The notes beneath the pieces are model-generated. The model had not been told where the DNA came from and searched no databases. It saw only the letters and a list, made by a program, of their open reading frames with translations. The position numbers and the translations under genes are program-made. Below are positions 44,753 to 54,936 of a stretch of 64,000 bases of DNA, in pieces (position 1 is the first letter of the stretch; each line of letters opens with the position of its first letter). Origin of the DNA: a bacterium (GTDB taxonomy: Bacteria; UBA8248). The stretch is from NCBI GenBank assembly GCA_965200245.1, contig CBDATS010000004.1:32001-96000 (forward strand). The letters run 5' to 3'.

Positions 44753-45787
44753 TCATACTTCCGTACAGGCCACCCAATGGCCTGGTTTTATCTCCCGTAA
44801 TACAGGAATTTCCCTCGAACAATTCTCCACGGCGACCGGGCATCGGGGATGAAACACGCAGCCCGAAGGCGGATTTATCGGGCTCGGTACCTCTCCCGTG
44901 ACAATTCTGATGTCCCGTCCCTGCTCGACCTCCGGATCCGGCACCGGAACGGCTGAAAGCAAAGCCCTCGTATAGGGATGCATGGGATTATCGTACAACT
45001 CATCGCAATCCGCCAACTCCACGATTCGGCCCAGGTACATCACAGCCACGCGGTGGCAGAGGTGTCGAACCACACTCAAATCGTGCGCAATGAACAGATA
45101 GGTGAGGTTGTACTCGCCCCTCAAATCCTCGAGCAAATTGATGATCTGGGCCTGGATGGAAACGTCGAGGGCAGAGACGGGCTCGTCGCAGATGATGAAT
45201 TCGGGCTTGAGGCTCAAAGCGCGGGCGATTCCCACGCGCTGGCGCTGTCCGCCGCTCATCTCGTGGGGATACCTGTCCGCCATCTTGGGGTTGAGGCCAC
45301 ATACGCTGAGCAGTTCGTTGATTCTTTGTTTTCTCTTCCTGGCGTCGGGTTCTATGCCATGGACGTACATGGGCTCGTCAATCATTTCGCCGATCTTCAT
45401 GCGCGGGTTCAGCGAACTGCAGGGATCCTGGAAGATGACCTGAATTCTCTGCCGGTATTCACGCAGCGCCACGTGATCGAGTTTCGCAAGGTCCACGCCC
45501 TCGAAAAAAATCTCGCCTTCCGTGGGGCGTTCGAGCTGGAGGATGCACCTGCCCGTCGTCGTCTTGCCGCAGCCGCTCTCGCCCACGAGACCGAGCGTCT
45601 CGCCACGTCTGATGTGTAAATCCACGCCGTCGACTGCCTTCACGAGGCCGACGACCTTGTTGAATACAATCCCCTCGGTGATGGGAAAGTACATCTTGAG
45701 TCCCTTGACTTCCACGAGCACCTTCCCCGCCTCTCCGTTGCGGGAGAGTCGGGTGTGGCTTTCCAAGACGGGCGCGTCGGGAGTCAT
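44753..45787 (-). CDS. Peptide ABC ATPase (DppF-like)
   Basis: [42 protein letters not shown]. Confidence 0.95.
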   Translation of the reverse strand: MTPDAPVLESHTRLSRNGEAGKVLVEVKGLKMYFPITEGIVFNKVVGLVKAVDGVDLHIRRGETLGLVGESGCGKTTTGRCILQLERPTEGEIFFEGVDLAKLDHVALREYRQRIQVIFQDPCSSLNPRMKIGEMIDEPMYVHGIEPDARKRKQRINELLSVCGLNPKMADRYPHEMSGGQRQRVGIARALSLKPEFIICDEPVSALDVSIQAQIINLLEDLRGEYNLTYLFIAHDLSVVRHLCHRVAVMYLGRIVELADCDELYDNPMHPYTRALLSAVPVPDPEVEQGRDIRIVTGEVPSPINPPSGCVFHPRCPVAVENCSREIPVLREIKPGHWVACTEV

Positions 45788-45791
45788 CCTC

Positions 45792-46781
45792 TTATCCTCT
45801 CATCGTTTCGAGGTTTTCTTTTTCCCAGCAAGCCGATAGATGGCCGTTTCCCACCATCTCAAGCGGCGGAATCTCACTCGCGCACCTGTCCACGACGAAC
45901 TTGCACCGGGGCAGAAAAGAACAGCCCCCGCCCAGCCGCGTGAGGTCGGGCGGCTGTCCGTCGATGGGGTCAAGGCGCTTTTGTCTGGGCTGATCGAGTC
46001 TCGGCACCGAACTCAGCAACCCCAAGGTGTATGGATGCCTCGGTTCACGGTAAATGTCAGCCGCCAGACCGCGTTCAATGATCTTTCCGGCGTACATGAC
46101 GTTCACGCGATCCGCGTAGCGGGCCACCACGCCGAGGTTGTGTGTAATGATGATGAGCGCGACGCCCATGCGTTTGGTGAGGTCTTTCATCAACTCCAGA
46201 ATCTGAGCCTGAATGGTGACGTCCAGGGCCGTCGTCGGCTCATCAGCGATGATGAGCTTGGGCTCGCAGCAAAGCGCCATCGCTATCATCACTCTCTGGC
46301 GCATCCCACCGCTCAGGTGGTGCGGGTATTGCCGGAGGCGCCGCTCGGGCTCGGAGATACCCACCAAGCGAAGATATTCGACTGCTTTTTTCTCCGCATC
46401 GGCCCTATCCATGCCGAGATGGTGTTCCATGGTCTCGGTAAGTTGCAGCCCGATGGTCAGAACGGGGTTCAGGGAAGTCATGGGTTCCTGGAAAATCATG
46501 CCAATCTGTCGACCCCGGATGTCTCTGATCTGCATGTCGTCGAACTGAAGCAGATCGTGATCCTGAAAACGTATTGCTCCGCCCACGATGCGGCCAGGTG
46601 GATTGGGGATGAGACCCAGAATGGAGAGTGCACTGACGGATTTCCCACAGCCCGACTCGCCGACTATCGCCACCGTCTCGCCTTCCTCCACGTCATAGGA
46701 GATGCCGTTGACAGCTTTAACGATGCCGGAGGAGGTGAAAAAATGCGTTCTCAAGTCTTCGATTTCAAGAAGCGCGCTCAA
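45792..46781 (-). CDS. Peptide ABC ATPase (DppD-like)
   Basis: [32 protein letters not shown]. Confidence 0.95.
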   Translation of the reverse strand: MSALLEIEDLRTHFFTSSGIVKAVNGISYDVEEGETVAIVGESGCGKSVSALSILGLIPNPPGRIVGGAIRFQDHDLLQFDDMQIRDIRGRQIGMIFQEPMTSLNPVLTIGLQLTETMEHHLGMDRADAEKKAVEYLRLVGISEPERRLRQYPHHLSGGMRQRVMIAMALCCEPKLIIADEPTTALDVTIQAQILELMKDLTKRMGVALIIITHNLGVVARYADRVNVMYAGKIIERGLAADIYREPRHPYTLGLLSSVPRLDQPRQKRLDPIDGQPPDLTRLGGGCSFLPRCKFVVDRCASEIPPLEMVGNGHLSACWEKENLETMRG

Positions 46782-46963
46782 AAATCCCTACCCTTCCAAA
46801 ACCAACCGATACAAATCGCAAAAATGTTATTTATTCTCGGGGGAATCCAAAGTGCCGAGAACCCTAAATATTGTTGAATGCAAAGTCAAACGCCAATTTT
46901 TATCTTTTGTGAGACCTTTCTCCGGAATTGCATGGATACCCGAAACGCTGCGCAAGCATCGTT

Positions 46964-49060
46964 TCAGGTGATGATGAGGGCATCGGCCACCAGGCATCCC
47001 CTACCCTTCTCGCGCAAGAAAACGGGGTTCAAATCCATTTCCTTGATTTGCTTGCGATAGGCGAAAGTGGCGTCTCCCAAGAGGCAGATGATCTCGCCGA
47101 GGGCTTTGACATCCAGTGGCCTGCGGCTACGGTGGCACCTGAAAATATCCCTGCACCGGAGTTCGTCAATCATATCGCAGGCGTCATCGAGCAAAAGAGG
47201 TGCCGTTCGCGCGCTCACGTCTCCCAGGAGTTCCACGTCTCTCCCGCCGAGACCGACTGTCACTATCGGGCCGAACTGTGGATCTCGCTTTACCCCAAGG
47301 ATGAACTCGACACCGTCCATCACTTGCTCCTGAAGCAGATAACCTTCCAGCGCACACTCCTCCCGGAGACTCGCGATCTCTGCGAGCGCGCCTTCGAGAG
47401 ACACCTCATCGCCGAGACCTGTTTTGACCAGCCCCCATTCCGACTTGTGGTGAATCGTCGAGGACACACCCTTCAATACCAGCGGAAAGTGCAGGTCGTG
47501 GGCCGCAAACCGTGCTTCCTCGATCGTCCGGCAGAATCGATGGGCCACAACAGGCAATCCGAAATCAAGAGCGAGCGCCAGAGATTTCGCCTCGTTCAGC
47601 GCCCCTGCGTCAGACAGTCTTTCCGCAATCGAGGGAGACGGCACAACACTGGCAGGAGGCGCGCCCTTCGCTTTTCTCCTCAGAATTTTTGCATACCGCA
47701 CTAGGGCCTCCGCCGCGCGGGCACAGCCGGAAATCGATTGAAAAGAAGCGATTCCCTCTCTGGCCAGAAGCCTGTGCGCATCCTCGGCATGGGGATTGAA
47801 ATAGGTCAGCATGGAAACGCCGGGATTCGTCGGCTTGAGTCTTACGATGGGTTCCACCCCCATCTCGGGCTTGAACTGCGCGCTTGAACCCACAATGGAG
47901 ATCACTGTATCGAACGATCCGCTACCCAGAAAAGATTCGAGAAAATCCGAATAGAGATGAATGTCCGCGATGGTGGTATCGAGCGGATTCACTATCCGCC
48001 CGAATCCGGGGTATTTTGCCTTGAGCCGGGCATGGAGAGCCTCATCCACCTCGGCGACTTCCAAGCCGAGTGCACCGCATTTATCGGCCATCAAGGCGCC
48101 CGCCCCGCCCGTCGTCGTAACGATTCCTACCCTTTCCCCTTCCGGGAGCTTCGAGACGCAGAACATATGGGCAACCTCGAAAAGTGCCTCCAGATCATCC
48201 ACCTGTGTGACGCCCCATCCCCGAAAGAGCGCCTTGTACACCCTGTTCTCCCCCACCATGGCCCCCGTGTGGCTCAAGGCCGCCTTCGCGCCCTCGCGCG
48301 CCTCACCCAGTTTGAGAACAACCAGAGGCTTTTCTCGCTGCAGGGCCTTTGTGAGAACTTTTTTGAGTTTCTCACCTTCGCGCACCCCCTCGAGATAAAC
48401 TGCAATGGCGCGGGTCTGGGGGTCGTCGATCAGATAGTCGAGGTAATCAGAAACTTCCAGATCCATTTCGTTCCCGCAGGAGATGAGATGGCTGAACCCG
48501 ATGCCGCGCTGTGTTGCGCGCGAAAGCAGCGCGCCGCCGATACTTCCGCTTTGACAGACCACGCCAATGTTGCCGGGCAACATCTCCTCAACGTCGAGCG
48601 CGATCAGGCCCGCGAGGTGGAAGTTGTGATGAAAGTTGTGCACGCCCGCCGTGTTTGGCCCGCATACGCGGATTCCGGAATCCCGTGCGATGCGCTGAAT
48701 TTCGGCTTCCAGACGCGTGCCCGTCTCATCCGATTCGGAAAATCCTCCTGTGTAGATGATGGCTGCTCCCACCCCTGCACCGGAGCATTCGGCCAACACG
48801 CCCGCCACACGCTCTCGTCCCACGGTGATGAAGGCGACATCCGGTATCTCGGGCAGCGCATCAAGACTCGGCGAACAGCACAGACCAGCCACATTTTCAT
48901 ATTTGGGGTTTACGGGATAGACCCGGCCCGCAAAGCCATGGCGCAGGAGATTCTTCACCACGCGGCCATTGAATTGCTCCAGGTTCGCCGACGCCCCGAC
49001 GATGGCTATTGATTCAGGTTTCAGAAGGCGCGCAAGGCTCTCTGCGGTTGTGGTCTGCAT
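46964..49060 (-). CDS. ADP-forming acyl-CoA ligase family protein
   Basis: SIAIVGAS, GPNTAG, QSGS, SHTGAM, HKSEWGLV, DPQFGP, EMDLNP. Confidence 0.9.
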   Translation of the reverse strand: MQTTTAESLARLLKPESIAIVGASANLEQFNGRVVKNLLRHGFAGRVYPVNPKYENVAGLCCSPSLDALPEIPDVAFITVGRERVAGVLAECSGAGVGAAIIYTGGFSESDETGTRLEAEIQRIARDSGIRVCGPNTAGVHNFHHNFHLAGLIALDVEEMLPGNIGVVCQSGSIGGALLSRATQRGIGFSHLISCGNEMDLEVSDYLDYLIDDPQTRAIAVYLEGVREGEKLKKVLTKALQREKPLVVLKLGEAREGAKAALSHTGAMVGENRVYKALFRGWGVTQVDDLEALFEVAHMFCVSKLPEGERVGIVTTTGGAGALMADKCGALGLEVAEVDEALHARLKAKYPGFGRIVNPLDTTIADIHLYSDFLESFLGSGSFDTVISIVGSSAQFKPEMGVEPIVRLKPTNPGVSMLTYFNPHAEDAHRLLAREGIASFQSISGCARAAEALVRYAKILRRKAKGAPPASVVPSPSIAERLSDAGALNEAKSLALALDFGLPVVAHRFCRTIEEARFAAHDLHFPLVLKGVSSTIHHKSEWGLVKTGLGDEVSLEGALAEIASLREECALEGYLLQEQVMDGVEFILGVKRDPQFGPIVTVGLGGRDVELLGDVSARTAPLLLDDACDMIDELRCRDIFRCHRSRRPLDVKALGEIICLLGDATFAYRKQIKEMDLNPVFLREKGRGCLVADALIIT

Positions 49061-49097
49061 GGTCAGGAAAATTCCCTAAAACTCATGGCGGATAAAA

Positions 49098-50249
49098 TTA
49101 CGCTTTCGGCGGACGCTGGCTGAAAGGGCGCTCGTAGATGAGGGAGGCCAGGCGGTTTCTCAGAATCTCTGTGGACCCCCCCGCGATGGACCATCCGCGA
49201 ATCTTGCGGTAGAGAAACTCCAGTGGCATTCCGGTCGAAAAGCCATATCCACCGTGAAGCTGAATGGCGTCATCCGCCACTTGGCGCGCCATTTCGTTGC
49301 AGTAGAGTTTGGCGCTCGTCGTCTCCATTGCCGAGGGCAAGCCCGCGCGCGCGTTCGAGAGCGCCCGATAAAGAAGCAGGCGCGCCGCTTCGAGCTTCAC
49401 CCGCATGTCCGCCACCATCCATTGCACTCCCTGAAACTCGCAAAGGGGGCGGCCGAACTGGCGCCTCTCGCTGGTGTGGGCGACCGTCATATCGTAGGCC
49501 GCCTGCGCCAGGGCGAGACAGCGCGTGGCGTTTCCAAGACGCTCCACGTTGAACACGGGCATGAGCACCCGGAAACCCTCCTTATCGACCAGCACGTTCT
49601 CTATCGGCACGCGCGCGTTCTCGAAGTGAAGTGCGCAGTGCGCCTCCCCGCTCATGTAGTGTTCGGTCATTCCCTTCGTGAAGCCAGGCGTTCCCGTTTC
49701 CACCACGACGGCTCCGCAATCGCGCGTCCTGGGGCCGAAGCGGACGTAGACGACGAACAAGTCCGCGTGCGGGGCGTTTGAACTGAAGCATTTCTGGCCG
49801 TTGATGAGCACGCTCTCGCCGTCATATTCCGCCGTCGTTTGCAAGTCCGTGGCCGCCGAACCGGCGTCCGGCTCCGTCATGCTGATGGAAATGATTTTCT
49901 CCCCCCGACAAATCGGTGGCAGGAAGCGTTCTTTTTGTTCGGCAGAGCCCAACTCGTCAATCACACGGATGGGCCCCATATTCCCCATCTGCACTACATC
50001 GCCGCTGTGGGGACACACTTGAGAAACCGCCTCCATGACCAGGCAAGCCTCGAAAATCGATTGCCCTCCTCCATGTGGCTCGGCCACCGTCATCCCCATC
50101 ATCCCGTGCTCGGCCAGCACCTTCATCGAGCGTCTGGGATATTCGCCCGTTCTCGCATAGGAGAAGGCATCCGCAGCAAACTCTCTCAAGGCGAGTTCCC
50201 GGGCCGTCTGCCGGAACAGTCGGTCCGATTCTTCGAGCCTGAAATCCAC
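49098..50249 (-). CDS. Acyl-CoA dehydrogenase family protein
   Basis: SMTEPDAGS, NGQKCF, RRQFGRPL, AIQLHGGYG, IAGGSTEI. Confidence 0.92.
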   Translation of the reverse strand: MDFRLEESDRLFRQTARELALREFAADAFSYARTGEYPRRSMKVLAEHGMMGMTVAEPHGGGQSIFEACLVMEAVSQVCPHSGDVVQMGNMGPIRVIDELGSAEQKERFLPPICRGEKIISISMTEPDAGSAATDLQTTAEYDGESVLINGQKCFSSNAPHADLFVVYVRFGPRTRDCGAVVVETGTPGFTKGMTEHYMSGEAHCALHFENARVPIENVLVDKEGFRVLMPVFNVERLGNATRCLALAQAAYDMTVAHTSERRQFGRPLCEFQGVQWMVADMRVKLEAARLLLYRALSNARAGLPSAMETTSAKLYCNEMARQVADDAIQLHGGYGFSTGMPLEFLYRKIRGWSIAGGSTEILRNRLASLIYERPFSQRPPKA

Positions 50250-51203
50250 GTAACTTCCCCTTCAGTCCATTCAGATGATACCGCGGCGAAATTCCAAATG
50301 CGTCCCCCGACCAGGCGGAGCATTCCTCCAAGACACGCGCGACGGCCCCAAGTTTTACAACACTTTCGATTTTAGGGCGAGGCGACATGCATGCCGGCAC
50401 AGTAGCTCTGGTACGGCAGCATCCCCGCTGATTCCGCTTTGACCGCCACCTGAATCGCTCGACAACTCCCGGATCCATCACCTGCCCAAGAGTCTGTGAT
50501 GACAGCACAAAAGAAGCCTGATTCCACGTCGGTTTCCTAGCTCCCTCATCCAATACTCCACATGTGGACGCCACGGTTGATGCAGGAATGTCGTTTGAAC
50601 GGTTCTGGGTCTTTTCTTTGGCCAGGGGCCGTGTCGTGTGTCCGGCCTCCTGATGCGGCGAGTCACAAGCCGCTGGCCCGGCGCGCAGCTGGTCCGGCTT
50701 GATGATGCGAACCGGAAAGCTCTCCGTCGCATCCGGGTTTTCCCGCTCCCGTCCCGTTGATCGTTTCCCTTTCCCGCTCTTCCGACCCGCTTACATTCCC
50801 GGATGTATCCATATACCAGCGGTTTGGACAGTGGGCACCGGCTTCTTTCTCCCCCGAATGAGCGAGGTGCGCATGATATTCCTCAGAATGACGACTATCG
50901 TGCCGGACGCGCGCTGTCTCAGACTCATCTGGACCATGACGGCAGGGCTCTCTGCGGCACTGAACAATCATCCGACGCCCGACCTCGCCTGGTGATCTGT
51001 ACCTATACTGATTCCACCATGTCTACACGAAATGCATAAGCTCGCTGGCCATTCTCCGAACGGAAAAACGACTCTGCCATCACGACTCAGAGATTTGTAA
51101 TCACGAAATTCATTCCCCCCTGAACTCTTTTTCTTTGAATATTCACCGACTTTCAGATATTTTGGAAAAAGCAAACGAACACTAGGAAAGAGGAGAACGG
51201 ACA

Positions 51204-51704
51204 ATGAATAAACCGTTTGTCGGAATTGTCCTTGCCTTGATGATTCTCGCTTGTTTCGCGCATGTCGCAGAAACGGCAGAGAGCGGAAGCTTCCGCCTCA
51301 TCGAAAACCACAGGCACGAGTTCAGCGTGATGGAACACGCTGACGCCAAGGTCACTGCAGGTCCGATGCACGGAACCGCCACTGTCGTCAAAAGCAGTGG
51401 AGGCCTCTTCGAAGAGGGTGAACACTATATTTCCACTTGCCTGGTCTACGCGCGACGCTCTCGGTTGGGTCTCGACCTGGAATCGGCTTGCAAGTTCACC
51501 AACAATGAAAAAGAGACATTCTACGCCCTGGCCCGGAGGCGAGCGGGCGACACAAAATCGGGTGGTGGCGGCAAGGGCGTCCAGAAACTCATTGGCGGTA
51601 CAGGGAAATACTCAGGCCTGGCCGGAGAATGTCCCTACACCAGCAAGTATCTGCCAGGCAAATGGATTGTTTCTACGGGAGATTGCACATGGAGCAAGCA
51701 ATGA
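51204..51704 (+). CDS. Secreted beta-barrel-like hypothetical protein, paralog 1
   Basis: Signal peptide, GAGGAG RBS, LIGGTGKYSGLAGECPY, four conserved Cys. Confidence 0.75.
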   Translation: MNKPFVGIVLALMILACFAHVAETAESGSFRLIENHRHEFSVMEHADAKVTAGPMHGTATVVKSSGGLFEEGEHYISTCLVYARRSRLGLDLESACKFTNNEKETFYALARRRAGDTKSGGGGKGVQKLIGGTGKYSGLAGECPYTSKYLPGKWIVSTGDCTWSKQ

Positions 51705-51772
51705 TGCCCTGGAGGCTGCGTGGTACTGCCATCTTTCGGACAATGAATCGCATATAACCGGAGATTGCGAAA

Positions 51773-52282
51773 ATGAAAAAACTTGTCCACAGAACCTTCC
51801 TCGCGCTGGTTGTCGCGACCGCCATCGTTTGCGCCGTACCGCTGGCCTCGGCTGCCGAAAGCGGCACGTTCAAACTTCAAGGGTCATACCAACACAATTA
51901 CACTGTGCTGGACTTCGCCGGGTCGAAGATCACCTCGGGTTCGATAGCCGGAACGAGCACCATCATCATGAGTAGAGGCGGCCCATTCACAAAGGGAGAA
52001 CATTACAATGCCGCTTGCGCGGTTTACTCAAAACGCTCCGCCACAGAATTTGATCTCGAAGCTCCCTGCATCCTGTCCAGCAAAGCGGGCGACAAGATAT
52101 ATTTGATGGCGAAGAGACGCAGCGGCAACCTCAAGACGGGCGGCGGCGGCAAGGGCACCCACAAGATAATGGGTGGTACGGGGAAATACGCGGGCATGAC
52201 CGGAACCTGCTCCTACACAACCGCTTATCTGCCAGACCGATGGCTGGTCGTGTCTTCCGACTGTAAGTGGAGCAAGCCCTGA
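51773..52282 (+). CDS. Secreted beta-barrel-like hypothetical protein, paralog 2
   Basis: Signal peptide, IMGGTGKYAGMTGTCSY; colinear with paralog 1. Confidence 0.75.
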   Translation: MKKLVHRTFLALVVATAIVCAVPLASAAESGTFKLQGSYQHNYTVLDFAGSKITSGSIAGTSTIIMSRGGPFTKGEHYNAACAVYSKRSATEFDLEAPCILSSKAGDKIYLMAKRRSGNLKTGGGGKGTHKIMGGTGKYAGMTGTCSYTTAYLPDRWLVVSSDCKWSKP

Positions 52283-52521
52283 CACTCCAGTGACGCGACG
52301 AGAGTCTTATGGAAAAACTGGATGCGCCCGGCGGTCAGGTTGCAGATTAATATTTGGCTTATCGGCACAAGACCTCTCGCCTGCCGGCCCGGATGCAATC
52401 AGCCGAATCGTACCTCCATTCCCCCCTATGGTTTTCAACCTCTCGTTTTCATGCAGATTTGGCGGGCCGCAGCTTAATGAATCTATCAAGCGGCGCGTTC
52501 GAATAAATCACTGAAAATTCA

Positions 52522-53213
52522 GGGAGTTATCTACTTGAATCCGCAAGTCTTCATATCTTGATTTTTGCGTTTCCGGGTGTATCGTTTACGTCACAGGCGG
52601 AATTGCTGCCAGAACCGGTGCATGGGCCGCCTTCCTCCAATCAGGCCATACACCGGATCTGACTGTAACTCAGTGGGGCACTTTCGTACATAATTTCCTT
52701 TTTAGAAAGCATCATCCCAATCATAGTATGCGCCACTAGCGGCTTCCAACTGTTCCTCGGTGAGCCGGGACGGGGGCGGAAGGACGAGATAGCTGTTCTC
52801 GGCGTCGTCTTCCATCACATGCAGGTTGAAATTCTCCGGCATCGTTACCCCGAACTCCTCCGATATCACGGCCTTCGGTTCAGAAATCAGACGGGCGCGG
52901 AACTCCTCACTGTCGCCTGCCTTCTCGATCAGGTGCTCGCGCATCTCGGTGACGGATTTCATTCTGGTCTCCTTTCCATGAGGAAATGAGCATGAGTGGA
53001 TACCCCCGATGCCTTTTTTGCATCGTTGCCATGAACAGGGTATGGGACATTCCGGTGGGAAAGCAAGAAATTTTTGACGTTTACTGGTGAGAAACAGGGT
53101 TCCGCCCGGAAGCCCGTCCGTGTGTCCCCTGCTCTCCCGGGAAACCGGCGGCCGAAGGCTTCGTTTTTCCAAATTCAGGTATTCAGACTTGTGGAATGAA
53201 GTATGTAATTCCC
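52522..53213. mobile_element. 692-bp non-autonomous element, copy 2, with 8-bp target site duplication
   Basis: AAAATTCA at 52514-52521 and at 53214-53221 flanking GGGAGTTA...TAATTCCC. Confidence 0.92.
52702..52962 (-). CDS. NHLP RiPP precursor, copy 2
   Basis: Same 86-aa translation as 40548-40808. Confidence 0.88.
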   Translation of the reverse strand: MKSVTEMREHLIEKAGDSEEFRARLISEPKAVISEEFGVTMPENFNLHVMEDDAENSYLVLPPPSRLTEEQLEAASGAYYDWDDAF

Positions 53214-53249
53214 AAAATTCAGGGTTCCAGTAGCTGAAAATCAAAAGGT

Positions 53250-54887
53250 TCATGGGTTTTCCCACGAAATCGACCCTACAGGAATAGGGCGCGCCCAAAA
53301 ACCATCTTCAGCTTTTTTGACGAAAACATTCACCCGCCAGTTCGCGTCGTCAGATTCTGGATAATCCACCCGAAAATGCGCGCCCCGGCTCTCTGTCCGC
53401 GTAAGGGCGGCCTCCACCACTGCTTGTGCGCTTAAACACATGTTCTCCGCCTCCAGGGCCTCCACCAGCCTCGCTGGTTCGCTGCCCCCGCAACCGGCCA
53501 AGCCGCTCTGGACATCTGCGAGTTCGTCCCTCGCCTCTGCGAGCAGGCCCTCCTCGCGCACGATGCCTGCGTTCTCCCAGCAGATTCGCTTGATCTCACG
53601 GGTAAACCCTACGGCACGGCTCATATTGCCAGAGCGCGCCGCGAGGGCATCGGCATGGCTTCGGGCGAGTGCGGGGTCGAGTTTTCCGCTCGTCTGACGC
53701 GCGTATTCGCTCGCGGCCTTCGCCGCGCGCCAGCCCAGCGTGTGAGCCTCCGTGAAGGCGTTGTTCGAGAGACGGTTTGCCCCGTGCGCGCCGGCACTCG
53801 CCTCCCCCGCCGCGTAAAGGCCGGGCATGGCAGTGGCGCCCGAGCCTTCTATCGGCACCCCGCCCATGAAGAAATGGGCCTTTGGCGTGACAAATATCTC
53901 GCTGCTATGGGGCGAAATGCCCCTCCTGGCGAAGAGTTTCAAGTTGTCCGGCGCAAAATGCTCCAGATACTCAAGCGAGATGCCGGACAGATCCATCTGC
54001 ACGGCACCCTCCACGCCGCCGCCCTGCATGAGTTCGAGATAGACCGCCCGCGCCATCAGATCGCGCGTGGCGGCACCTCCACCGGGCACGTCGCGCAGGA
54101 TGTCCTTTCCATCCCGGTTCAGGAACCGCGCCCCGAGCGGGAACAGCGTGGGCGCCACGACCATATTGCTCTCGGGCCGCTTGATGACGGCCGGATAGAA
54201 CTGCACGAATTCCATATCCGAGAGCGCGAGGCCAGCCCTCAGCACCATGCCGAAGGCATCTCCCGTGATGCCGCCCGCGTTGGTGTTCTCCGCAAAAATC
54301 TGCCCCGCCCCGCCCGTGGCCAGAATGGTGGCAGGGGCGGAAATGGCGTAAATCTCCCCGCTTCTCGTGTGAAAACCCAGGATGCCCCGGCAGACATCCT
54401 CATCCACGAGCAAATCGACGGCCATGATGTTCTCGAGAATGCGCGCCGAATCGGCGTCGAGTTTCCTGCGCAGCGGCCTCGCCACCTCCACGCCCCAGTT
54501 CCTGACCGGGTAGATGCCGCGATCGCGATTGTGACCGCCCTGGGGGTGCAAGTCGAACGAGCCGTCCTCGCGCGTGAGAAAGGGGATTCCCCACTCATAC
54601 AGATCGCGAATCCGCGCGGCGGAATCGGCGCACATGGCATGGGCGACGTCCGGGTGATTGAGGTGGGCACCGCCTTCCAGGGTGTCTTCCAGGAACAGGG
54701 CCGGGCTGTCGTCTGGAGCGAAATTCGCCGAATGTCCCGCCCGGGCCATCACGATGTTGCCCGAATTCCCCGGGAACTGCTTGCAGACCAACAGCGCGTC
54801 CACGCCACTCTCCATGGCGGCGACTGCGGCCGTCATGGCGGCGGGTCCGCCGCCGAGAATCAACACGTCACAGGAGAGGGTTTGCAT
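53250..54887 (-). CDS. Flavoprotein of the fumarate reductase/L-aspartate oxidase family
   Basis: GGGPAA, LATGGAG, DMEFVQFYP, HFFMGG, HGANRL, RTESRGAHFR. Confidence 0.88.
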   Translation of the reverse strand: MQTLSCDVLILGGGPAAMTAAVAAMESGVDALLVCKQFPGNSGNIVMARAGHSANFAPDDSPALFLEDTLEGGAHLNHPDVAHAMCADSAARIRDLYEWGIPFLTREDGSFDLHPQGGHNRDRGIYPVRNWGVEVARPLRRKLDADSARILENIMAVDLLVDEDVCRGILGFHTRSGEIYAISAPATILATGGAGQIFAENTNAGGITGDAFGMVLRAGLALSDMEFVQFYPAVIKRPESNMVVAPTLFPLGARFLNRDGKDILRDVPGGGAATRDLMARAVYLELMQGGGVEGAVQMDLSGISLEYLEHFAPDNLKLFARRGISPHSSEIFVTPKAHFFMGGVPIEGSGATAMPGLYAAGEASAGAHGANRLSNNAFTEAHTLGWRAAKAASEYARQTSGKLDPALARSHADALAARSGNMSRAVGFTREIKRICWENAGIVREEGLLAEARDELADVQSGLAGCGGSEPARLVEALEAENMCLSAQAVVEAALTRTESRGAHFRVDYPESDDANWRVNVFVKKAEDGFWARPIPVGSISWENP

Positions 54888-54936
54888 GAGATCACCTGGG
54901 AAACCGGGCGAATTTTCGTGAAGACGGGATGGTAAT

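Noticed and set aside
50300-51050. Several short overlapping ORFs, possibly a transposase remnant
   Set aside because: Only vague similarity; no TIRs or catalytic motif identified.
40368-53213. Composite transposon carrying the Dpp/acyl-CoA block
   Set aside because: The TSD surrounds copy 2 alone and the outer flanks of the pair do not match.
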